Positions 1-10,302 of a stretch of 64,000 bases of DNA are shown here, one piece after another (within the stretch, counting starts at the first letter, position 1; the number at the start of each line of letters is the position of its first letter). A program made the position numbers and the translations under genes. Below the pieces are notes generated by a model. The model ran no database searches, was not told where the DNA came from, and worked only from the letters and a program-made list of their open reading frames with translations. Origin of the DNA: an uncultured Planctomycetota bacterium (GTDB lineage: Bacteria > Planctomycetota > Planctomycetia > Isosphaerales > Isosphaeraceae); assembly GCA_963823665.1 (NCBI GenBank), contig CAWGMQ010000010.1:544001-608000 (forward strand). Direction: 5' to 3'.

Positions 1-1281
1 GCCAAGGCAGTGATCTCAGGTGTGGCGGGCGACACGCTCGACCCCAAATCGATCACCATACAGATTGGTGACCAGATCCACATCTCCGGTGACATCATCG
101 GTTCGGCCGTTGGACGTGAAGCCGAGCTGAAGGTCCTGGAAATCACCGCCGCGGTGAACGCCGCCGTGCGGGTGGCCAGAGGCCCATCGGCGCCAGGCGG
201 CACCGACGACCGCGCCGGAACCGTCCGCATCCTGCACCTGAGCGACCCGCACTTCACCCCGGAGACGAATTGGCAGGACCACCTCGACCCGCTGCTCCAC
301 GACCTCCGCCATGCCGACCTGGGCTGCGATGTGATCCATCACCTCGTGATCAGCGGAGACTTTGTGGACAAGGGCAATCTCCGCGCCTTCCCCGTCGCCT
401 ACAAGTTCGTCTCCGCATTGCGGGAGCGGCTCGGCCTCTCGATCGACCGAGTGGTCCTCGTCCCCGGCAACCACGACGTCGTGGACAACGACGACTTCTA
501 CCGGTGGAAGAGCACCAAGGATGGACTGAAACCGGGCGAGTATGTCCCGAAGGCCGACGGTTTCCTCGCCCGCGATCCAGTGAAATGGCCCGAGCGGTTC
601 AAACCGTTCTCAGACCACCTGTACCACCCGCTGTTCCAGCAGCCGTATCCCCTCAAGCCCGAAGACCAGGGCCAGGGCTTTCCGCCCGAGAACACCCACG
701 TCCAGTTCCTCGCCTTCAACTCCGCATGGGCCGTGGACCAGACCGATCGCAAGCGGAGTGGCTTGCTCACCGGCGCGGTCCTGAAAGGAATCAACGCGGC
801 CGACGACCACAAAAAGCGCCGCCCCGCCGCGCAGCAACCGCTACGGATCGCCGTCTGGCACCACGCCGTTCTCCACATGGATGGAATGAAAGAGACGGAT
901 GTCATCGGGCACCTCACGAAAGCCGGAGTCCGACTCGTGCTGCACGGCGATGTCCACGAGGCCAAGCTGGCAAGCAACCCCTTCCGGTGGCCCGGTCTAA
1001 CCGTCCTCGGCGCAGGAGCGTTCGGGGCCACCCCGGAAGCGCGCCCAGAGTCGATCCCGGGCCTTTATCAAGTGATCGAGCTGCGCCCAGGCAACGGCCC
1101 CGGCGGCTTCGCCTGGGCTCGGATCCACACCCGCGCCCGCGCGAAGACAAACGGCCCCTGGGACGGCTGGTTTTACTGGCCCGCGGCTGACGGCGCGAAG
1201 GCGAAAGTGGCCCACATCGACGTGGACCTGAACACCGGCGGCCCGCGAAAGGAAACAGCAACCATCCCCGCATCGAAGTAG
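1..1281 (+). CDS. Calcineurin-like metallophosphoesterase domain protein; C-terminal part of a longer protein truncated by the window edge
   Basis: Frame is open from base 1; motifs LHLSDPHF, ISGDFVD, VPGNHD, WHH and LHGDVH. Confidence 0.85.
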   Translation, partial: AKAVISGVAGDTLDPKSITIQIGDQIHISGDIIGSAVGREAELKVLEITAAVNAAVRVARGPSAPGGTDDRAGTVRILHLSDPHFTPETNWQDHLDPLLHDLRHADLGCDVIHHLVISGDFVDKGNLRAFPVAYKFVSALRERLGLSIDRVVLVPGNHDVVDNDDFYRWKSTKDGLKPGEYVPKADGFLARDPVKWPERFKPFSDHLYHPLFQQPYPLKPEDQGQGFPPENTHVQFLAFNSAWAVDQTDRKRSGLLTGAVLKGINAADDHKKRRPAAQQPLRIAVWHHAVLHMDGMKETDVIGHLTKAGVRLVLHGDVHEAKLASNPFRWPGLTVLGAGAFGATPEARPESIPGLYQVIELRPGNGPGGFAWARIHTRARAKTNGPWDGWFYWPAADGAKAKVAHIDVDLNTGGPRKETATIPASK

Positions 1282-1357
1282 GGCCGCAGTTGCAGAATAA
1301 GGAGCGGAGATTTCCCGCCGCGAACGTTGCGCCAAGTTTCCCCACCTTGAGAAGGGG

Positions 1358-1425
1358 CCCTCTTTCCTTTCCCCCCCCTTTGGAAGGGGGGGCAGGGGGG
1401 GTGCATTCCGGCGGCCGCCATCATA
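1358..1425. repeat. C-rich/G-rich palindromic REP-like element (CCCCCCCTT-N3-AAGGGGGG...GGTGCATTCCGG)
   Basis: Near-identical copy at 25360-25420; degenerate copies near 1500-1525 and 18721-18775. Confidence 0.8.
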
Positions 1426-1580
1426 AAATCGTCGCGCAACAGAAAACGCCGAAACGTCCACCTCGAAATTCGCCAATACGGCCCGCTTTTCATCTGCCCA
1501 GGGCCAGAGGGGGTGCATTCCGGTGGCCACCAACACAGATCTCCGGATCAGCGCGCGCCCCTGGGCTCCAGTCCAGACCA

Positions 1581-1817
1581 GGTCAACGACCGCAGACCAA
1601 CAGCCACATCAACGCGCTCTGCTTCCCCTTCGTTACCTTAGTTTGCTTATGTTCAAGATTTCCATTTCTCAAGATATAACAAAATGTTCACTCGATTTGC
1701 TTATCTTCCAGGCTGAGACCAGTGATATGCATCGACTCCCGGCGCAAACCCATTCAGCCGCCATTCGAGCAACGAACCCACAATTCCGCGATCCGAGAAT
1801 CAACCTTCGACCGTCAC
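1581..1817. repeat. ~240-bp non-coding direct repeat, copy 1
   Basis: 1607-1656 is identical (50/50 nt) to 8634-8683, and the similarity continues on both sides. Confidence 0.85.
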
Positions 1818-2099
1818 GTCCGACGAATTCCGCGGCTCATTAATTCCACAGCGCTACCTTGATCTTGCCTTGATTCCTGCTTGAGACGAAACTGTGTCTT
1901 GCCAAGGACTTCCGGAGGGCAATTGGCCCTGGTATTGCATGTTGATGAAGAGGCTGCCGATTTCTTGGAGAAGCACTTGGATCTCCGCAGCCCGCAAGTG
2001 GATTCGATTCCCCTCGCCGGCCAGTAGGGGTGAGTTGGCAATCGACGACGCGGCGATCGGCAGCGCAACGGGCACGGTTGCACCGAAGGCGACGGCGGA

Positions 2100-5000
2100 T
2101 CACCAACCCAGGCGTAGCTCCGTTAGCCGTCGATTGATTTCCACCAGGTCGAGGACAGAGATGGTGCCGTCTTTCCGACCGAACATCGCGAGGCGGCCGT
2201 CCGGGCTGAATTCGAAGCTCGATTCGGTGGCTTCAGTGTCCTCGACGATTCTCAGTAAGGGAAGTTGGCGAGCGATGTCGAATAACACAATCTCACGCGG
2301 CTGTTCGATTGAGGTGCCCAGGGACAGAGTCGCGCCTGGGCCAAGACCTTTTATCGGCAAATCAACCGATCCGCGGTACGTAAAGGCGGGCAGGTCGAAC
2401 AGGCTCATCGGCTCATTAAGTTTGGACTCCTCCAACGACGCCGCGAGCATCTTCCCGCTCGGGTCGAAGACGAACCAACCGGAATCCATGACGCCTCGGC
2501 GAGTCGGCAGCGTTCTCACGAGCTTTCCCGTCGAGCCTTCGTACACATGAAACTTCCGTGTAAGCTTTCCCTGGTCGGTCCCTACACCGTCGACGGCGAA
2601 CACCGATCCGTTCCGAGCGAGCCGAATCATGCAGATTTCCCAATTGAACTCGTTGATCTCCGCGAAAGGTTGGGTCGGGGTCGGGCTCAAGAGGTCGTAG
2701 ACACGCACGACCTTAAGAAAGAGGTCCCGAGTGGACGGATTCAATGGCCCGCCTTGGCGGCGCTCGGTCTCCGAGCGGACGAGCAGGAGCCGACCGTGGG
2801 TGGGGAAGGCCAGGCATTCCGTGAGCCCTTCGTGCAGATCCCAGCGACCGATCAACCGCCGTTTCTCCAGGTCCCAGAGCTGAGCCTGGTGACCCGCCGA
2901 ACAGGCAAAGCGTCGGTTGTCGGCATCACACGCCATGGCAACGTTGTCCGCGAACCGGCCCACCGGAGCCGGCAGAACTCCGATCAATCGACCGGAGGGC
3001 CACTCCCAGATCCCCATTTCCCACTCATGCGTGGCGCCTACAATGCGCCGGCCGTCGGGCGAGAGAGTCGTCCGTTCGACCACTCCCCGAGTACCGTAGA
3101 GCGTATGGGTCCCGTGTCCGTGGTCCAGATCCAAGACCTCCGTTGCTCCGTCCGTCGCATCTTCAGGCAGTTCCCGGGCGACGGCGATGTGGTGGCCATC
3201 GGGCGCAAAGGCCACAGCTCGAGTGAAGTCTCCGACCTTAAGGTCCAGCAGGCAACGCCCGGTGGCGACGTCCCAGAGTTTGTTTGGTACGCGTCCGCCG
3301 GTCAGCAGCATGGCGCCATCGGCACTGAATGCCATACTCCGGACATTGTGCGCTGAGCCGCGGCAGACGCTTCGGGCTTGGTCGGCGGCTAGGTCGCGTA
3401 CGGTCACGAGCCCGGTGGATTCACCCACGGCGAGGAGCCAGGATTGCGCTGACCCGTCGTCATGCCAAATCGGATCGCGGCCGAAGGCCAGGCAGAGCAC
3501 CGGCGTGCGGCCGACTCTAAAGCGACGAAGCTCCTTGCCGTCTGGCAGTATCCATACCGTGATCTCGCCTGCGATGTCCCAGGCCGCCAGCAGGCGGCCG
3601 TCGGGAGAAAGGATGAGGTCCCGGGTTGTCTTGTGTTTCAGAGCGACGATCGGCTGTTCGTGGCCGACGTCCCAAACGGTGATTGTCGTGACCTCGCCAT
3701 CGGGAACGAAGCCATCTCCATCCTTGCGGACCGGCACGCGGACGGCGGCGACGTGCGAGCCACTGCGGGACAGCGTGATCGCGCTGAAGTCCGACACACC
3801 GTCAAGGGGTGAAAGAAACTCGCGGAGGATCGCCCCGGACTTGACGTCGAACAGCCTCAGTTTCGTCGATCGACTCAGCTCGGCAACTTCCTCGTACACG
3901 CGGGACAATTGCAGCGGCGTCCCGTCGGGCCGGAACGCGATGGCGCCGCTGCCGAGGTCGCGCCGCTCGACCACTTGGTTGGTAGACCGGTTCCAGAGGG
4001 TCGTGAGGGACCAAAGCTTGCCCGATTGGTCTTTGCCTGCACGGACCATAAGCGTGCATTCCGAGCGGGGGTCGAATTCCACGACCTCGGCGGCCCCATC
4101 CAGCTTCTTCACAACGTGGGCATCGATGCCCTCCAGCGCCGCGGCGGCTTCGGACTGGACCTGTGGATCGGTGGTTCCGCGAATTCCGCGGAGGGAGCGG
4201 ACATTTTGCCAGCTCTCCTTGAACCAGTCTATCTTCCGGATCGGCCTGCGGAGCTGTGACAGCCTGAGGAACTCGAGTGAACGCTGCGTAGCATCGAGCT
4301 GCGCCTTCGCACCCAGGATCCCGACTAGGAGGAGGGCAGCAAATAGACCAGCGGCAAATGCAGTCGCTCGCTCACGACGGGACCAGTAAACCAGCCGCCG
4401 CAGCAATATCCAAGGCCAGCTCAGCAGTCGTCCGGCCTTGCTGCGGACGAAAGATTCGCCCGCCAGAGTCGGACGGACCTCCAGCCAGCGCCGAAGATCA
4501 GCAGCGAAGGAGGCCGCGGTCTCGTAACGGTTGGCTGCATCTTTCTCCAGGGCTTTAAAACAGATCGCTTTCAACTCGCGTGGGATCGAGCCGCTCCAGC
4601 GTTCGGGAGGCGCGGACACGATTTTCCGAACCACTTCGGCCACGTTCTGGCCCGGAAACGGCATCCGGAGCGTCAACAGCTCGTAGAGCGTAACTCCCAG
4701 CCCCCAGACGTCGGTATAGCGGTCGATTGGCGACCGGTCTTCCGCGGAGAGACACTCCGCGCCTCCTCCGGCCACGCGAGGCACCTGCTCCGGAGCCATA
4801 TAGCCTGGAGTGCCGACGCCTTCCGTGGGTCGATCGGTCCGAGACTGGCGCGTCGGATCGTCCGGTCCCGCCCTGAGAGCGGCGTCATTCTCAGCCTTCG
4901 ATCTCCCGAGATGGGCGAGGCCGAAGTCGAGGACCCAGGGGTGTGACGCCGGCTCGCTTGTGCCGCGAATTGGCTCGATCTGGATGTTCGAAGGTTTGAG

Positions 5001-5798
5001 GTCGCGATGGAGGACCCCCGCTTCGTGGGCGCTGTCGATGGCTTCGGCAGCCACCGCGATCACCTCGACCACGCGGCGGCGGTAGTCCCGCGGCAGCCCG
5101 AGCGGAGCTGGATGACTGCTGCTCCGGGCGGGACTTGGGGGAGTCTCGGCGTTCCGTACCACGGAGGCAGCGTGACCGAGGCTGGCAACCACACGTCGAC
5201 AGTAACGCTCTCGAGATGCCTCCGTCGTGGCTCGGCTGAGGAACTCTTCCCACGTTGAGGGCGAGCCAGTCGACGCTCTCGCGGACGATATTCGACTTGA
5301 AGCTCTGATCAGGTCGGCCAGCGTGAGGCCCTCGAGCAGCGGCATGGCGAAGTAGAGCAGGCCGGCCTCCTCACCGGCGCCGTAGATCGGCACGATGTTC
5401 GTATGATGTAGCATCGCAAGGGCCTCTCGCTCGTGCACGAAACGCTCCAGTAGCCTGGGATCAGCCAGGCGGCCATGGCGCATCGTCTTGACCGCCACTC
5501 GGCGCGATAGCACCTCGTCCTCGGCCTCATAGACCTTCCCCATGCCACCGATCGCCAAGACGCGGATCACCCGATATGGACCGAGATGCTCGGGATCCTT
5601 GACATCGCTCACAAGGCGCCAGCCTGCAACGAGACTGCGAAACTGCTCCGCCAGTTCCGGATCCCGATCGCAATGCTGCTGGAGTATCGCCTCCCGATCC
5701 TGCTCCGGCGCAGTCTCCCAAAGCTCCAGGAACGCGGCCAGGATCGCGATTGTGGGATCAGAATCCGAATCGTCAATTAAGCGCACGTCCGCGAGCAT
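2100..5798 (-). CDS. Ser/Thr protein kinase with transmembrane segment and C-terminal WD40 beta-propeller(s)
   Basis: Motifs GGMGKVY, VAVK, HRDLKPSN, DFGLA, GTPGYMAPE and DVWGLG; WD40-like repeats (FSADG, FAPDG, LWD); ATG at 5798 chosen. Confidence 0.93.
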   Translation of the reverse strand: MLADVRLIDDSDSDPTIAILAAFLELWETAPEQDREAILQQHCDRDPELAEQFRSLVAGWRLVSDVKDPEHLGPYRVIRVLAIGGMGKVYEAEDEVLSRRVAVKTMRHGRLADPRLLERFVHEREALAMLHHTNIVPIYGAGEEAGLLYFAMPLLEGLTLADLIRASSRISSARASTGSPSTWEEFLSRATTEASRERYCRRVVASLGHAASVVRNAETPPSPARSSSHPAPLGLPRDYRRRVVEVIAVAAEAIDSAHEAGVLHRDLKPSNIQIEPIRGTSEPASHPWVLDFGLAHLGRSKAENDAALRAGPDDPTRQSRTDRPTEGVGTPGYMAPEQVPRVAGGGAECLSAEDRSPIDRYTDVWGLGVTLYELLTLRMPFPGQNVAEVVRKIVSAPPERWSGSIPRELKAICFKALEKDAANRYETAASFAADLRRWLEVRPTLAGESFVRSKAGRLLSWPWILLRRLVYWSRRERATAFAAGLFAALLLVGILGAKAQLDATQRSLEFLRLSQLRRPIRKIDWFKESWQNVRSLRGIRGTTDPQVQSEAAAALEGIDAHVVKKLDGAAEVVEFDPRSECTLMVRAGKDQSGKLWSLTTLWNRSTNQVVERRDLGSGAIAFRPDGTPLQLSRVYEEVAELSRSTKLRLFDVKSGAILREFLSPLDGVSDFSAITLSRSGSHVAAVRVPVRKDGDGFVPDGEVTTITVWDVGHEQPIVALKHKTTRDLILSPDGRLLAAWDIAGEITVWILPDGKELRRFRVGRTPVLCLAFGRDPIWHDDGSAQSWLLAVGESTGLVTVRDLAADQARSVCRGSAHNVRSMAFSADGAMLLTGGRVPNKLWDVATGRCLLDLKVGDFTRAVAFAPDGHHIAVARELPEDATDGATEVLDLDHGHGTHTLYGTRGVVERTTLSPDGRRIVGATHEWEMGIWEWPSGRLIGVLPAPVGRFADNVAMACDADNRRFACSAGHQAQLWDLEKRRLIGRWDLHEGLTECLAFPTHGRLLLVRSETERRQGGPLNPSTRDLFLKVVRVYDLLSPTPTQPFAEINEFNWEICMIRLARNGSVFAVDGVGTDQGKLTRKFHVYEGSTGKLVRTLPTRRGVMDSGWFVFDPSGKMLAASLEESKLNEPMSLFDLPAFTYRGSVDLPIKGLGPGATLSLGTSIEQPREIVLFDIARQLPLLRIVEDTEATESSFEFSPDGRLAMFGRKDGTISVLDLVEINRRLTELRLGW

Positions 5799-5915
5799 GG
5801 GAGCGTTCTCGCAAAATCGGAACCTGGAAGCATCCGCTCGATTGAACAGCGCGCATGGTAATCGGCCGGCCTTTGCGAAGCGAAGAGAGTCGAGCGATCG
5901 CGCGCTCTGAGGCAA

Positions 5916-6596
5916 TCAGCCGCGCTCTGGCCCAGAGGAGGCGAAGGGGTTGGGGATGGTCTTGCGGATCTTCAACAACGCTCGCACACAGCGCTTGCGC
6001 ACCGCCTCCGGCGTGGTGTCGAAAAGCTCCGCAATGTCCCCGTACGACAGCTCGTCCAGGATCTTCAGGCGGACGATCTCAAACTCGGTCGGGCTAACGG
6101 CCTGGCGGATGAGCTCGACCGCATCTTTCAGACCTAACTGCGTCGACACCCCCAGCCGTTGGACCAGGTCGGCGACCGACTCTTCAGGTAACGGGAGCTC
6201 CCGCGCGACATCTCGACCCTCGGTGCTGTGTTTCCGGATTTCGTCTTGCAACTCGCTCCATACCTTCTTATAGAGCCAGGAGCGTAACTGATCGTCGGAA
6301 ACCGGTCTATTCGAGCGCAAGCAGGTGATGAGCCGCAGCAACGCACTCTGCAGCACGCCCTCAACGTCGATCCGCCCCTGAAGACGCGGGGAGATGCGGG
6401 CCCGTATCAACCGAAGCAGCTTGGGTTTTAGTCTCTCACAGAGGGCCACGAGTTCTTCAAGGATTCGCTTGAATTGCTCGTTCTCGAGCGGCAATTCCGA
6501 TCGACTCGTCGACGATGAAACCGGAATCGACGCTGGAATCGAGCCGAGTGACGTCCCCAGCTCCGACGTCTCAACGTTCAGCACAACCTCGTGCAT
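5916..6596 (-). CDS. ECF-type RNA polymerase sigma-70 factor (planctomycete kinase-associated type)
   Basis: Region 2-like RLQGRIDVEGVLQSA...LRSWL; region 4 HTH LSYGDIAELFDTTPEAVRKR; lies directly upstream of the kinase. Confidence 0.88.
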   Translation of the reverse strand: MHEVVLNVETSELGTSLGSIPASIPVSSSTSRSELPLENEQFKRILEELVALCERLKPKLLRLIRARISPRLQGRIDVEGVLQSALLRLITCLRSNRPVSDDQLRSWLYKKVWSELQDEIRKHSTEGRDVARELPLPEESVADLVQRLGVSTQLGLKDAVELIRQAVSPTEFEIVRLKILDELSYGDIAELFDTTPEAVRKRCVRALLKIRKTIPNPFASSGPERG

Positions 6597-6869
6597 GGTA
6601 CCTCCGATCTGGTTGGTGACTGAACCCGAAGAATCTCTCCCAATCTATCCGTGACCGGCGCGGATTACCGGACAAAAATGATTTTCATCGGGCGCGTGCA
6701 TGCAGCCTTGATCCAGAAAATCTCCGGCCGTTGCTTGCCCAGATTCAATTCATATCGAAAGAGCTCGTTCTGCGCACGGCCGGAGAGTCGAATGAAGTCC
6801 TCGCAAGAATTCCGTACCACGGCTTGTCCGATATTCCATCGGTTCCACGGAGACCATCGTGAGGGCACG

Positions 6870-7244
6870 AGAGCAGCGGGCACCACGTATACTATCAGCT
6901 TCTTCTTGACGAACGCCGACACCGCCAACGTTGCTTTGGTTCAACCCGAGATCGGCGGCACCCTTCTGGGTTCTCCTGTCAGCGCCGTGGGTGATTGGGG
7001 CGGCGGCGGGTGGCAGCAATTCTCATTCAATTGGAACTCAGGGGGCTTCTCAGGTACCACCTCGCTGATCCTCCACAACTACTCAGCATCCTCGTTCGGT
7101 AACGACTTCGGGGTCGATAACATCCTGGTCGCCTCGGCGGTTCCCGAACCCTCCTCGCTCACTCTGGCGATCGTGGCGACGCTTGGGATCATCGGCTACA
7201 GCCGAATGCGGCGGAACGCCCGGACGAGATCACAGACGCGCTGA
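6870..7244 (+). pseudogene. PEP-CTERM sorting-domain protein; apparently only the C-terminal fragment
   Basis: Ends VPEPSSLTLAIVATLGIIGYSRMRR (PEP + TM + basic tail), preceded by GNDFGVDNI; no convincing in-frame signal peptide; start approximate. Confidence 0.7.
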
Positions 7245-7281
7245 GTTAAGAACCGCGGGGCAAAGACTCCCGTCGGCCGGG

Positions 7282-8391
7282 CTAAGGTCCCGGACCCGCC
7301 TTCCCCTTGCGAAATCGCTCCAGGCGCGCCCTGTACTGCTTGAAAAGCGGGTGGCTTCTGCTTCTTACCTCGGCCTCGATCCGTTTCAACGCCTTCTCCT
7401 CAGTCGCCACGGCCCCGTCGGCGTCCCCTGTGCGGTACTGCGCTTCAGCCAATGTATCAAGGTGCGCCACATTCTCGCCCTTCGATAGCTCGACCGCTCG
7501 GCACGCAGCCCGGAGTGCCAGCCGCGCAACACGGGGGTCCGGCTCGCGCTCGAGATTCGGCCTGATCACGTTCCAGAAGAAGTTATTTAGCGCGTTCGGA
7601 TTATCCTTGTTCAGCTCCAGCAGCTTGGCCCCCAGCTCCAGCCCAGGCTCGACGTCGCCGCCATTGCACAGTGCCGCAAACTTGAGCCACGCGAACGTAT
7701 CGGCCAGTTCCGAGTCATCTCTGGTCGCCTCGTCGATGGCGGCGACGGTGGCCTTGAATTTGTTGGCATTGTAGAGCGGGAACACCTTTTCCCGGATGAC
7801 CGTCGCCTTACGCTCCTTGGTCTTCACCACGAGACGCTTCTTGGCCATATCGGCCGGGTCCCATTTGCCCGCAACGATCTTCGCCAGAGGCTCGTCGAGG
7901 TCCATCGGGTGCCCGATCCACGCGATCTTCTTGTCATGGACGACGAACGCAGTCGGAATCCCATTCTCCTCGGCCGCCTTCATCCATAACTTGGCCATTG
8001 CCCCGTCATACGGGCCCGCTCGTTCCGGAACGGCGTCGAGCGCGACGCTATAGTCCAGGGTGTCGCCCAGGGTGTCGACGAACGGCTTCACCAGCATGGT
8101 ATCCTGCTCCCAGACGTCGACCCCGATGAACCGGACGCCCTTGTATTTGTACCGATGCGCCAGCTCAGTCAAATGCGGAATGCTCTCGCGGCACGGGCCG
8201 CACCACGTAGCCCAGAATTCAACGACATACGTTTTCCCGGCTTCAAACTGCGCAACCCTCTCCCCCTTGATCCAGCTCGAGACGACCAGCGGCGGCGCGT
8301 CATCGCCAAGGTTCAGGATCTCTCCAGCCCACGCGGAGAAGGATGTAAGAGTCGCTGCGACCGCCGCAAAGATGCCCAAAGACAGACGCAT
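7282..8391 (-). CDS. Exported TlpA/redoxin-family thiol-disulfide oxidoreductase with helical (TPR-like) C-terminus
   Basis: Signal peptide; VEFWATWCGPC; GIPTAF; LDTLAEAQY. Confidence 0.9.
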   Translation of the reverse strand: MRLSLGIFAAVAATLTSFSAWAGEILNLGDDAPPLVVSSWIKGERVAQFEAGKTYVVEFWATWCGPCRESIPHLTELAHRYKYKGVRFIGVDVWEQDTMLVKPFVDTLGDTLDYSVALDAVPERAGPYDGAMAKLWMKAAEENGIPTAFVVHDKKIAWIGHPMDLDEPLAKIVAGKWDPADMAKKRLVVKTKERKATVIREKVFPLYNANKFKATVAAIDEATRDDSELADTFAWLKFAALCNGGDVEPGLELGAKLLELNKDNPNALNNFFWNVIRPNLEREPDPRVARLALRAACRAVELSKGENVAHLDTLAEAQYRTGDADGAVATEEKALKRIEAEVRSRSHPLFKQYRARLERFRKGKAGPGP

Positions 8392-8605
8392 GGCATAACC
8401 CCCGCGCCGCGTGTAAAAGGAAACCCCCCGGCGCCCCGAGGACGACAAATCGGACGAATGTAACAGCTACAACATCATAACAAGGGCGCGCCTCCGACCG
8501 CTATCCGGCAGCTCTCTCGCGCTCCGCCGGGAGAGTCTGGCCGAACGCCGGTTCCGACCGAGCTGTTGAAAACCTGTGATCGAATGAGCGGTGGAATCCG
8601 GTCCC

Positions 8606-8846
8606 GGTCAACGACCGCTGAAACCAACAGCCGCATCAACGCGCTCTGCTTCCCCTTCGTTACCTTAGTTTGCTTATGTTCAAAATTCTTATTTGCATGA
8701 TCAAACCATCAATTCCTTCGATTTCCTTATGTTCCAGGCCGCGACCAGTGATCTACCTCGAACCCCGTCGCAAAGACTTTCAGCAGCCTGCCGAGCAACG
8801 AAGTCACGATTCCGCCATCTTGGAGCCGACCCTCGACTGTGCCGCA
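8606..8846. repeat. ~240-bp non-coding direct repeat, copy 2
   Basis: Aligns by eye to 1581-1817. Confidence 0.85.
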
Positions 8847-8856
8847 TTGTCTTCGT

Positions 8857-10271
8857 TCACGATGGACCCCGACCCAGTCGCCGGGCCGTCTCCGTCACTC
8901 GCTTGATCAGAAACTGAATATGCTCCTCCCGCGTATACAAATTCAACAGATTGAATCTCAACCACGTCCTTCCCTCGAACCTCACCGTCGCGAACCACGC
9001 ATCTCCAGACCCCACGATCTCCGAAGCAATCCGCGTTTGCAGTTCGTCACTCTCCCCCCACGCGCGCAGGCGACTGAAAGCTCGCCCCCCGCCAGCACCT
9101 CGAATCCGTTCTCAAGCAGTCCCGCCTCGAGCGCGCGAATCAAGTGAATGTTCCGTACAACCGCTTGCCGGATCGTGTCCCAGCCATGCGCTCGAATGGC
9201 CATCCAGATCCCGAGCCCACACGATCTCCGCGAGGACGCAATCCCCCTCCAGAGCGGATAGATCTCCGGACTGCCCGGCAGATACGATCCCGACCCAAGC
9301 CCAAAAATCCGGCGCTCGAGATCCCGATGACGCGTCAGCAACAGCCCCGCCGCGATGGGAATAAAGAACCACTTATGCGTGTCGATCGATACGGAATCCG
9401 CCAGTTCAAGTCCTTGAAAGAGAGGCCGCAGCGCCGGCACAAGCCGGGCGGCGCCACCGTAACACGCGTCAACATGCAGCCAGAGCTTCTCTCTCTGACA
9501 GAGCTCTCCGATCTCGCCGACAGGATCCACCGCCCCGGTGCCCGTGGTTCCAATGCTGGCCACGACGGCAAACGGAACGTGCCCCTTCTCACGAGCCACC
9601 CGGATGTGGGTTTCCAGGCTCTCAACATCGATGCTTCCTCGCCCGCGCCCGCGAACGCAGATCACGTTCCGCTCTCCAACTCCGATTTCTTTGGCAGCCC
9701 GCGCCACCGTGAAGTGCGTCGCCTCGGACGTGAAGATTTGCGGAATGGCTCGGAGCGCGTGGAATCCATCCGCTTCGATTTCCGGAAAAGCGTTGGCGCG
9801 GGCCAGGAGCAGCCCCTGCAAGATCGTGAACGCACCGCCAGGCAGAACAAGTCCCCTCCAGCATTCCGGCAGCTCAAAAATCTCCTTGAAAGCTCGAATC
9901 ACTTCTTCTTCACACGCCAGAGCCGCCTGCGGTACTCCTCCATCGTTGCTGTTCAGAGCCGAGATCAAATGGTCCGCGAGCGCCGCGCCGGGAAGCGGCG
10001 AAGAGTTCACGAGCCCCAGGTAGAGCGGATGCGGAATCGCGATCGAATTGGGGACAACCGTTTCCCGGAAATCCTCCAGAGCACGAAGAAGTCCGACGCC
10101 GTCACTCTTCAAGGTGTTTCGAAAAACTTCGACGAGCGACCTGAAGTCGATCCCCGGATCAACTTTCCGGGTCTCCAGCTTCTCGTAAATCTCGACAAAC
10201 AATCGTGCCGCTTCTTCCGAGGCGCGTTCCAGGTCCTGTTTCATCGCTCGATTGTGTTCAAGGTCTGACAC
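8857..10271 (-). CDS. Group II PLP-dependent decarboxylase; frameshifted near the 3' end
   Basis: GTTGTGAVDP, WLHVDACYGG and DSVSIDTHKW (PLP lysine); the C-terminus ESDELQTRIA...WLRFNLLN...GPS* continues in another frame after the C6 run at ~9054-9059. Confidence 0.88.
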
Positions 10272-10302
10272 GGCGTCCAGATCTTTATCACATGCACCCG
10301 CG

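Noticed and set aside
1840..2080. Short minus-strand ORFs downstream of the WD40 kinase
   Set aside because: Possibly a gene remnant, but no recognisable motif, RBS or consistent frame
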